This document shows, piece by piece, positions 9,179 to 16,819 of a stretch of DNA of 43,953 nucleotides (its first letter is position 1; each line of letters begins with the position of its first letter). The notes under the pieces were generated by a model. The model was not told where the DNA came from and did no database searches. It was given only the letters and a program-made list of their open reading frames with translations. The stretch is from Nocardiopsis sp. (GTDB lineage Bacteria; Actinomycetota; Actinomycetes; Streptosporangiales; Streptosporangiaceae). The stretch is from positions 1-43,953 of the forward strand of contig JAJKHX010000321.1 in assembly GCA_021154785.1 (NCBI GenBank), written 5' to 3'. A program made the position numbers and the translations under genes.

Positions 9179-9441
9179 GAGGTTCCTCCACCGTGGCGTC
9201 AGGTTGTGGCTTGGTACTGACGAGAATCCTCCAGCTTTTCGCTTATTCTGAGCGCCCGGCGCCCTGTTGCCCGTGTCGAAATGAGAATCCCCTGGCTGAC
9301 ATGCGTGCCTACGGCACCGGTAGGCCGCACGCTGCCGGGCTGGCGGCCTGAGTTCGGCGCCGCCCGGATGAATCGCGTCATCGGGCGCTGACCACCGGCC
9401 GCGCAGCTCACTAGCTCAGCGGCCATGGGGCCGGCGTTACG

Positions 9442-11361
9442 ATGATGATCCAAGCGCCGTCGTCGGGTCGGGCTCCGGGAAGTCATGGGATCTGGATGGC
9501 AGTCGGGTACCGGTCGGTCTTCTCGCTGCGGCACGGCCAGGATGCGGTACGGCTGACCGCCGAGCAGTTCCGTTCGTGGCTGGCGCTCAAGGGCTACGGC
9601 TCCGTGGCGGCAACCCCCGGGGTCCACGAGCTCGCCGGGCACGCCCAGCTCGTCGTGACCGAACTCGACGCGCCCGACGGCGCCCGCGCGCTGCGGTACC
9701 GGCTGACCGAGTTCTCATCCACGGGGGAGTGGGTGACGACCGTGACGGTGCACCGTGACGGCCAGGACGACGACTGGGTCTGGGTCGATGTCAACGCGCC
9801 GCCGTCAGCGCCCGGGCCTGCCGTGTCGCAGGAGCGCCTGGTCAAGGACGTCGATGCCGGCGACGCGTGGTGGACCGGGGTTCCGCATATGGTCCGGGCC
9901 ATCTTGTCGGCGGCCGACGCCCATGACGGCGAGATGATCCTGTCCGCCCGGCCGGCCGTGGTGACCGAGGCCGACGTCGACGGCCTGATCTCGGCGATCT
10001 GCGATCCCGGGCGCCGCGGCACCGCCCTGGTGGCCGCGCCGATCCCGGATGTGCCCGGGCCCGCGATGATCGACCACGTCGAGCGGCTGACCCGCGAGTG
10101 CGTCGGGCTGTCCGGGATCTATGTCCTTGACGCCGCGGCGGCCGCGCAGCTCGACGAATCGTTCGGGCCCTCGCACTCGGTGCCGCTGGGGGCGGTTCGC
10201 ACGTTCTTGCCCGAGGTCGATCCGGCCAGCGCCGTCGACGCCCGGCGGCACCGGGTGCTGCTCGCCCGGACGATCGCCGAGCAGGCTCCGGGCAAGCTCG
10301 CGCACCTGCTGGGCCGGGCGAACCGGAGCCGGGCCCTGACCCTGCCGCTGCCAGCGCATGTCGCTCAGGTCGATCGCCTGCTGTCCCGGGAGGAACCGGC
10401 CACCGTCCTGCGCGCCATCCAGGCCACGCCATCAGGCTCGCGAAGGTCAGGCGACGGGGCGGCTGGCCTGGCGCCGGCCGGGCTGGCTGAGACCACGGCG
10501 GTCCGTGAGGTCGCCATCGCCGGCGAGCTGCTCACCAGCCTGGTCAGCGAGTTCCAGTCCGATGCCGGCGGGCCGGGCGGCGCTGACGACATGACCGCCC
10601 GGTTCCGGGAGCTGCTGGCCGAGGGCCGGGGTGTGCTGCGCGGTCACCGGGAGATATCGCGGCGGCTCGAGACCCTCCAGGACCTGCTGGAAGACGCAGA
10701 AGACGACCGTGACCTGGTGCGCGCCCGGCTGGAGGATGAGCAGCTGGATCACGCCGAGACGCAGGCCGAGCTGCTGAAGGCGAAGCTGGAGCTCGACCGG
10801 CTCCGCGGCATTCTCTCCCGGGTCGGCCGCGTTGACCAGACCCGGGCGGCCACGGCGGCCGCGCGATCACCCGGATCGTTTGCCGAGCTCCTCGAGCGGC
10901 TCGATGAGCACGTGCTCTCCTCCGTCATTTTCACCGGGGACCCGAAGAACGCGCTGGAACTGGACGACTTCGACCCGGTTGGCACCTGGGCGGCCAAATC
11001 CTGGGACGTGCTGCGGGTCCTCGACGGGTACGCGGCCGCGCGGCGCCGCGGTGAGTTCAGCAAAGGGGTCCACGCCTACCTCGGCCACACGCCCCCCGGG
11101 CGGCCCGGCTATCCGCCGGGCGCGCATTCCACCCAGGAATCCGAGCCCGTCGAACGCTCGCCCAAGCTCCGGAAGCTGCGGGTACTGCCAGTTCCCAGGA
11201 ATATAAACCCGGACGGCGCCATTTTCATGGACGCGCATTTCAAGATAGCCAGGAAGGGCCTGATTTCCCCCCGGATCTACTATCACGACGACGCCAGCCA
11301 GACCGGGAAGATCTACGTCGGCTACATCGGCAAGCACCTCCCCAACGCGCATACGAACTAG
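9442..11361 (+). CDS. hypothetical protein, 639 aa, unknown family (coiled-coil containing)
   Basis: Long ORF with protein-like composition and no competing long ORF on the other strand. It has a charged heptad-rich helix at aa ~385-465 and a C-terminal 'HFKIARKGLISPRIYYHDDASQTGKIYVGYIGKHLP'. An alternative start is ATG 9496 ('MAVGYRSVFSL'). I recognised no catalytic motif. Confidence 0.75.
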   Translation: MMIQAPSSGRAPGSHGIWMAVGYRSVFSLRHGQDAVRLTAEQFRSWLALKGYGSVAATPGVHELAGHAQLVVTELDAPDGARALRYRLTEFSSTGEWVTTVTVHRDGQDDDWVWVDVNAPPSAPGPAVSQERLVKDVDAGDAWWTGVPHMVRAILSAADAHDGEMILSARPAVVTEADVDGLISAICDPGRRGTALVAAPIPDVPGPAMIDHVERLTRECVGLSGIYVLDAAAAAQLDESFGPSHSVPLGAVRTFLPEVDPASAVDARRHRVLLARTIAEQAPGKLAHLLGRANRSRALTLPLPAHVAQVDRLLSREEPATVLRAIQATPSGSRRSGDGAAGLAPAGLAETTAVREVAIAGELLTSLVSEFQSDAGGPGGADDMTARFRELLAEGRGVLRGHREISRRLETLQDLLEDAEDDRDLVRARLEDEQLDHAETQAELLKAKLELDRLRGILSRVGRVDQTRAATAAARSPGSFAELLERLDEHVLSSVIFTGDPKNALELDDFDPVGTWAAKSWDVLRVLDGYAAARRRGEFSKGVHAYLGHTPPGRPGYPPGAHSTQESEPVERSPKLRKLRVLPVPRNINPDGAIFMDAHFKIARKGLISPRIYYHDDASQTGKIYVGYIGKHLPNAHTN

Positions 11362-11672
11362 CGGCTCCGCTGGGTCTCAAATCCGGCGACTACCTGAGCT
11401 GGACGCCGCAGCCGTCGCCGTAAGTCGCCGGCTGCGAGCCAGGTGGGCGCGTATCCGGTGGCGCGCAGCCGAGCATCTGGCCATGCGGGACGGCCGGGCT
11501 GCGTCACGCTGGTCGGCCACCGGTGGGCTGAGGCGCTTCTGGTTCCCGTTCGACACACCCGGCGCGCGTGCGCAGGCGCTCGTACATGCCCCGGCCGCGT
11601 TCCGCCGACGGGGTATCTTCGTCGCGGACTACGAGATCGACGCCGCGTGAGCGAATCCGCTCCGCTTCTCGA

Positions 11673-11822
11673 TCAGAGGGCATCGAGGGAGCCTTCCGTC
11701 GACTCGGTGACCGGCTGGCCAAGCGCGGCGTGGTGGCCGACATCTACGTCTTCGGCGGCGCCGCGATAGCCTTGGCCCATGACTCGCGTCGCGCTATCCG
11801 CGACGTTGATGCCTTTCGTTAG
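11673..11822 (+). pseudogene. nucleotidyltransferase (MNT/DUF6036-like) N-terminal fragment
   Basis: 'EGIEGAFRRLGDRLAKRGVVADIYVFGGAAIALAHDSRRAIRDVDAF' then TAG. This looks like the GG...DxD start of a minimal nucleotidyltransferase fold. It has no start codon, and only ~50 aa are kept. Confidence 0.45.
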
Positions 11823-11848
11823 GTACTGCGCCGGGGCCTGGGTCATTC

Positions 11849-12040
11849 TCAGACCGGTACGCGCCCTTCCGGGAACCGTGCGCCGAACCCGCCGTGCGGC
11901 AGGATACGTGCGATCTGCGCGAGGTCGTCCGCGGTCAGGGCGAGCAGCCAGGCCAGCGCGAGCTGCGACACGGTGGCGCCTGTCGTCCCGGCGAGCCGGG
12001 TGAGCCCGGCGGTCGCCTGGACGTTGCCCTCGTAGTTCTC
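11849..12040 (-). pseudogene. aldo/keto reductase C-terminal remnant with internal deletion
   Basis: The minus-strand translation is 'ENYEGNVQATAGLTRLAGTTGATVSQLALAWLL|ALTADDLAQIARILPHGGFGARFPEGRVPV*'. The 'QLALAWLL' block and the C-terminal 'LTxxDLxxI...P' block of AKRs are joined directly. The ~35 aa normally between them, and the whole N-terminal barrel, are absent. The fragment abuts the LysE stop codon. Confidence 0.6.
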
Positions 12041-12044
12041 CCGG

Positions 12045-12689
12045 TCAGTCGCTGCGGCCGGTGGCGGCGATGCTGACGCCGAGCCCGATCATCACCAGGC
12101 CGCTGGTCCCGCCGATGAGAGCGAGCCGCCGGGGCGACCGGACGAACCACTGCCGGGCCGTGCCGGCGACGGCGGCCCAGGCGCTGTCGAGCAGCAGCGC
12201 GATGGACGCGAACAGGCCGCCGAGGATCAGCATCTGCAGCGGCACGGGCAGGTACCCCGGAGCGCGGTCGGTGAACTCCGGCAGGACCACCACGAAGATC
12301 ACGATCGACTTCGGATTGGTCCCGCCGACGATGAACCCGTCCCGGATGGCCCGCAGCGGTCGTACCGGCGCCGTCCGCGCGGCGAGTTCTTCCGTCATCG
12401 ACCGCCGGTGCCTGATCGCCTGGACGCCGAGGAAAACCAGGTAGGCGGCCCCGGTCCACTTCACGATGGCGAAGATCTCAGCCGACCGCTCCACCAGCGC
12501 GCCGACCCCGAACGCCACCGCGGCTACCTGCGCGAACTCCCCGATCTCGTTCCCGATGACCGTGAACAGGGCCGATCGCCGCCCGACGGTCAGGGCCCGG
12601 CTGACGGTGAACAGGACACTCGGGCCCGGAACGGCGATGAGGACCATCGCCACGGCCACGAACGCCAGGATGTGACTCATTGGCACCAT
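12045..12689 (-). CDS. LysE/RhtB family amino-acid (homoserine/threonine-type) exporter
   Basis: 214 aa. 'ILAFVAVAMVLIAVPGPSVLFTVSRALTVGRR' is the family N-terminal signature, and there are six hydrophobic helices. The start is ATG 12689 or ATG 12680. Confidence 0.9.
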   Translation of the reverse strand: MVPMSHILAFVAVAMVLIAVPGPSVLFTVSRALTVGRRSALFTVIGNEIGEFAQVAAVAFGVGALVERSAEIFAIVKWTGAAYLVFLGVQAIRHRRSMTEELAARTAPVRPLRAIRDGFIVGGTNPKSIVIFVVVLPEFTDRAPGYLPVPLQMLILGGLFASIALLLDSAWAAVAGTARQWFVRSPRRLALIGGTSGLVMIGLGVSIAATGRSD

Positions 12690-12894
12690 GGCCTCAAGCT
12701 AAGGCAAGCGACGCGGCGAGCCTACTGATTTTTCCCGGACGTCGCCCATCAGCGGACCGTCGGCTCACTGGTTCCGCGGGTCGTTGCCCGGGTCGATGAG
12801 GGGCTCATTCTCGTGACCTCCGTGATTCAGCTGTCGCCGTTGAGGTTCACTCTTTCGCTCGGGCCTTTCCCGTCGCGCCGAGAGGATCCCTGGC

Positions 12895-13200
12895 TCACTC
12901 ACGGGCCGGAGTCAGCGACAGCCCGGACAGCCGGGCCTGGATACCGGCGGTGACGGCATCGGGCGGCTGGTCGGCGTCGACCGCGACCAGGATGCCCCGT
13001 TCGGTGTAGTAGGGGACGAGCGGCCCGGTCGCCTCGGCGTACACCTCCAGCCGGTGCTGGATCACGTCGGCCACGTCGTCGGCGCGGCCGCCCTGGCCGG
13101 CCCGGTCCAGCAGCCGCCGGGTCAGCACCGCATCCGGCGCGTGCAGGTAGACCGCCGCGTCCAGCGTCACGCCGAGCCGGGCCGCGAGTTCCGCCCAGGC
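12895..13200 (-). pseudogene. adk: adenylate kinase C-terminal remnant (P-loop half missing)
   Basis: The last 101 codons of track ORF 12895..13680 read 'AWAELAARLGVTLDAAVYLHAPDAVLTRRLLDRAGQGGRADDVADVIQHRLEVYAEATGPLVPYYTERGILVAVDA'. This matches the short-lid Adk C-terminal half (RADD...RLxVY...PLxxYY). No N-terminal GxPGxGKGT region is present. Confidence 0.6.
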
Positions 13201-13229
13201 AGATCGGGCACCAAAAGGTCGGCCGGGAT

Positions 13230-13680
13230 CACGATGTCCCGCTTCTGGATCTTGCCGGTCGGGCCCTTGGGCAGCGCGTCGGCGATCCACACGTGGCGCG
13301 GGTACTTGTACGCCGCGACCTGCCCCCTGACGTAGGCCTGCAGCTCCCCGGCGGTGACGACGGCACCCGGCTTCAGGGCCACCGCGGCCGCGACCTCCTC
13401 GCCCAGGGACGGATGCGGCAGGCCGATCACGGCGGCCTCGGCCACGGCGGGATGCTCGTAGAGCACCTCCTCGATCTCCCGCGGCTAGACGTTGTAGCCG
13501 CCCCGGATGATCATGTCCTTCTTGCGGTCGACGATGTAGAAGTACCCGTCCTCGTCGACCCGGGCCAGGTCGCCGCTGCGGAACCAGCCGTCGCGGATCG
13601 TCCACCCGCACGGCCACCCGCCCGCCGTGGATACGGGTAGTGTCCGTCAGGTTCTGGGCCAGATTCGTCACGCTGCTCAT
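13230..13680 (-). pseudogene. AMP-forming acyl-CoA synthetase (fatty-acid CoA ligase) remnant: N-terminal 27 aa fused out of frame to the C-terminal ~125 aa, with an in-frame TAG
   Basis: ATG 13680 gives '[28 protein letters not shown]'. A +1 frame then reads '[68 protein letters not shown]...PKGPTGKIQKRDI'. About 350 aa of the adenylation core are missing. The conserved GGYNVYPREIE Tyr codon is TAG at 13485..13487. Confidence 0.7.
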
Positions 13681-13791
13681 TGTCTGTCCGCAGCTCAGGG
13701 CAGTCGTCGGTCCGCGATACCAAGGAACCGGCCCATCCTCGTGCCGCCAGCACGTTATCGCCGGGTCCGCTCGCGCCTAGCGTCGTCAGCC

Positions 13792-13911
13792 ATGGAGTTC
13801 GACGTCCTGATCGAGATCCCGCGGGGCAGCCGGAACAAGTTCTTCACCGTGTACAAGGCGCTGGAGCCGGGCAAGGACGTCCGCGACACGCCAGGACCCG
13901 AGCCAGGCTGA
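13792..13911 (+). pseudogene. ppa: inorganic pyrophosphatase remnant (in-frame fusion of N-terminal 16 aa to C-terminal ~20 aa)
   Basis: 'MEFDVLIEIPRGSRNK|FFTVYKALEPGKDV...'. The family-I PPase start (MEFDVxIEIPxGSRNK) is joined directly to the C-terminal 'FFxVYKxLEPGK' block. The ~120-aa catalytic core is missing. Confidence 0.6.
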
Positions 13912-13924
13912 CGAGGAAGGGAAA

Positions 13925-13972
13925 CACCACCCGTTCGGGATCAATGAATTCCCATGTCCCGAACGGGTGGTG
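13925..13972 (+). terminator. perfect 16-bp stem / 16-nt loop hairpin downstream of the ppa remnant
   Basis: CACCACCCGTTCGGGA (13925..13940) pairs perfectly with TCCCGAACGGGTGGTG (13957..13972). The loop is TCAATGAATTCCCATG. It lies 14 nt after the ppa-remnant stop and has no strong U-tract. Confidence 0.45.
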
Positions 13973-14200
13973 CTCTTCCCACCCCGCCTGCATCCCGCCC
14001 CAGCCAGGCAGCGTCCACCAATGCACGCCCAGCGAACGGACTCGGTGTGCCCCCGGTACCTACTTGCGTACCCGGGTGCCACCGACCGCCTACATGGCAG
14101 ACCCCGCAGATGGCGCGGCCGACGATGAGGGCCTGCGTGGTTCGGCCGTGCTTTGCGCTGGCCCTCGGCGTACCGGCCGGAATGTGTAAGAATCCGCAGG

Positions 14201-14967
14201 GTGGACACCGATGGTCCCGCAGTCGCCGGGCTGATGGCCGATGTCGCGGCGGCGGTGAGCCGCCGGGCCGCCCCGGTATCCGAACAGGTCTATGAGGTGA
14301 TCCTGCGGGATATCCCGGAGCTGCGTGACGACCAGACGGTGCTCGCCTTGCTCTCCTCGAGCGTCCACGGCAACGTCGGCACCTGCCTGCAGGTCATGCA
14401 GCACCAGATCGACCTGAGCGCCGTGCGGGCCCCGGCCGCGGCGCTGGAATACGCGCGCCGGCGGGCATCCGGGACACCTTCGACGCCGCGGCGGCCAGCA
14501 CCGCGGGCCTGGACGGTGACGTCCATGTCGCCTTCGGCGACGCGGCCAAGGGCGCCGCGGGCTTCCGCATCACCCACGCCCAGGCCATCGCCGCCCAGGC
14601 CGTCGCCCTCGCCGGGGGCTCCCCGCCGCCGCGGGCGGTGGCGTTCAGCGAGGTCGCGCCGGTGGCGATGATGCTCGGCGCCGGCGACCTGCTGCGGTCC
14701 TGGGTGCTCAGCACGCTGGCAGGCCTGGCCGCCGACGACGAGCAGCACGAGCGCCTGCGCGACACGCTGCTGCTGTTCCTGCAGTCGGGGAGGAGCTACA
14801 AGACGACCGCCGAACGGCTGATGCTGCACAAGAACACGGTCCAGTACCGGATCCGCAAGGCCGAGGAGAGCTTGGGCCGGCCGGTGGGCGAGCATCAGCA
14901 TGACGTGGAACTCGCACTGCGGGCCGCTCAGTGGCTTGGCTCGTCCGTCCTGCTGCAGCACTCGTGA
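14201..14967 (+). pseudogene. PucR/CdaR-family transcriptional regulator, frameshifted and shortened
   Basis: The N-terminal frame (GTG 14201 or ATG 14234) reads 'MADVAAAVSRRAAPVSEQVYEVILRDIPELRDDQTVLALLSSSVHGNVGTCL...ALEYARR'. After ~14460 the reading continues only in another frame: '...GFRITHAQAIAAQAVALA...DDEQHERLRDTLLLFLQSGRSYKTTAERLMLHKNTVQYRIRKAEESLGRP' (PucR C-terminal HTH). The total span is not a multiple of 3 and is ~130 aa shorter than I would expect for this family. Confidence 0.55.
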
Positions 14968-15617
14968 AGCGCAGCCCGCACATGATCGTCCTGCCCGGCG
15001 GCGGGTACGCCGCGCACGCCCCGCACGAAGCCGAGCCAGTGGCCGCCTGGCTCGGCGAGCTCGGCATGCCGGCGAGCGTGTTCCGCTACCCGCTCAACGT
15101 CCGGCACCCGGTCCCGCTGGACGCGCTGCGCGCCGAGATCCGCCAGCGGCGAGCACAAGGCGCCCGGCGGATCGGCCTGATCGGGTTCTCCGCGGGCGGT
15201 CACCTGGCCGGGATGGCCGCCCTCGCGCCCGGCGCCGAGCCCGATCAGGCGGTGCAGTTCGCCGTGCTCGGCTACCCCGTCACCTCGATGGAGACCGAGA
15301 CCTACCGCCCGTCCCAGCTGATCCTCCTCGGTGCGGACGCCAGCCCGCGGCTGCGCCGGTCGACCTCGCTGGATGCGCTGGTCACACCGCAGTCGCCGCC
15401 GTTCTTCATCTGGCACACCGCCGAGGACTCCTATGTCCCTCCGGAGCACACCTACCGCCTCGCCGCGGCGCTCGCGGCCAGCGGTGTTCCCCACGCCGTG
15501 CACGTGTTCGCCCATGGCCCGCACGGCCTCGGCCTGGCCCGTAACGCCGGCCAGACCGCCACCTGGACCACCCTGGCCAGCGCCTGGATCCATGAACAGG
15601 AGGCGCCGCCGACATGA
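14964..15617 (+). CDS. alpha/beta hydrolase (esterase/lipase-like)
   Basis: It has 'VLPGGGY', the nucleophile elbow 'GFSAGGHLA' (GxSxG), and 'FIWHTAEDSYVPPEH' and 'HVFAHGPHG' near the C-terminus. Candidate starts are GTG 14931, GTG 14964 (a GTGA overlap with the PucR stop) and ATG 14982. Confidence 0.8.
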   Translation: MKRSPHMIVLPGGGYAAHAPHEAEPVAAWLGELGMPASVFRYPLNVRHPVPLDALRAEIRQRRAQGARRIGLIGFSAGGHLAGMAALAPGAEPDQAVQFAVLGYPVTSMETETYRPSQLILLGADASPRLRRSTSLDALVTPQSPPFFIWHTAEDSYVPPEHTYRLAAALAASGVPHAVHVFAHGPHGLGLARNAGQTATWTTLASAWIHEQEAPPT

Positions 15618-15758
15618 TCCAGCCCAGCCCGGGTGCCCGGGGCCGTTAACGGCCCCGGAACACCCAAGCCTCCCCCCCGGGAGCTTGTCGTACAGTCAGC
15701 ATTCTGCCGAGCCGGCGCGGCACTGTCATGACGCCCGATCGGGTGACACGCCGCAAGG

Positions 15759-16646
15759 CTAGGCCGGCAGCTGGTCGAGCACCTCGGCCCTGACCCGGGC
15801 GAGGTTGTCCGCGCGCTCGGCCTTGTCGCGACCCAGGTTCCAGTCGGGCAGGATGAACTCGTCAAAGCCGAGCTCAGCGTAGTGCCCGAGCTGGTCGAGG
15901 AGTTGCTGGGGGGTGCCCGCGATGGCCGGGTAGCCGGGCGTCGGCGAACTCTTGCCCAGTTCCACCAGGGCATTGACCGACGTCCACATCGTGGCCGGGG
16001 ACCGGCCGACCGTCTCGCAGGCTTGGAGCAGGGCCGTACGCCGGCCGGCCAGGTCCGGGGCGGCCCAGGTGTTCCACTCGCTGGCGTTGCGGGCGGCGAT
16101 GCGGAGCATGCGCGGTCCGCGGGTGCCGACCAGCAGCGGCAGCGGCGACTGAACGGGCTTGGGGTCGCACGGGGCGTCGGTGATGTCGTAGAACTCGCCG
16201 TGGAACGTGGTCGAGTCCTCCGTCAGCAGCGAGCGGACGATCCCGATGGCTTCCTCGAACCGGCTCACCCGCTTGCCGGGCGGCTCGAGGTCGATGCCGT
16301 ACGCATGGTGCTCGTTGACCTGCCAGCCCGCGCCGAGCCCGAGGACCAGCCGGCCGCCGGAGAGCCGGTCGATCGTGGCGGCGCGCTTGGCAAGCAACGC
16401 CGGATGGTGAACCGAGGTCGGCGAGACGAGAGTCCCGATCCGGACCCGCTCCGTCACCGCCGCCAGGGCGGGCAGCAGCGCCCAGCACTCGTAGACGTCG
16501 CCCCGCTTGGGCGTCGTGTCGCCGGTATCGGGCATGTAGTGGTCGGCCAGCCACACACCGTGCCAGCCGCTGGCGTCCGCCGCGCGGACTTCCTCTAGGA
16601 GGTCAGCGGGCGCACGGTTATTTCGGGGCCACAGGGAGAACTTCAC
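15759..16646 (-). CDS. LLM-class (luciferase-like) F420-dependent oxidoreductase
   Basis: 295 aa. 'MKFSLW...GWHGVWLADHYM', 'RIGTLVSPTSVHHPALLAKRAATIDRLSGGRLVLGLGAGW' and 'EFY' are characteristic of F420-dependent LLM proteins. The start is GTG. Confidence 0.9.
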   Translation of the reverse strand: MKFSLWPRNNRAPADLLEEVRAADASGWHGVWLADHYMPDTGDTTPKRGDVYECWALLPALAAVTERVRIGTLVSPTSVHHPALLAKRAATIDRLSGGRLVLGLGAGWQVNEHHAYGIDLEPPGKRVSRFEEAIGIVRSLLTEDSTTFHGEFYDITDAPCDPKPVQSPLPLLVGTRGPRMLRIAARNASEWNTWAAPDLAGRRTALLQACETVGRSPATMWTSVNALVELGKSSPTPGYPAIAGTPQQLLDQLGHYAELGFDEFILPDWNLGRDKAERADNLARVRAEVLDQLPA

Positions 16647-16819
16647 AGGCCAACTCTAGAGACAGCCGGGCTGACCGCCGCTCACCAGGTCCGCCGCGGC
16701 TTTATCCCCGCCGGTCAAAATCAAAGGGCAACCCCATGGACCGAACGGCCCCGATGAAACGCGACAGAAAGCCGCGTGCCACGGCAAATAGAGACCATGA
16801 CCATCATCGAGGCCGGCCG

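Noticed and set aside
11362-11672. Short ORFs between the 639-aa gene and the nucleotidyltransferase fragment (for example 11504..11743 minus, 11443..11769 plus) as a possible antitoxin or partner gene
   Set aside because: The translations are Arg/Pro-rich, have no recognisable motif, and show no Shine-Dalgarno or start-codon context.
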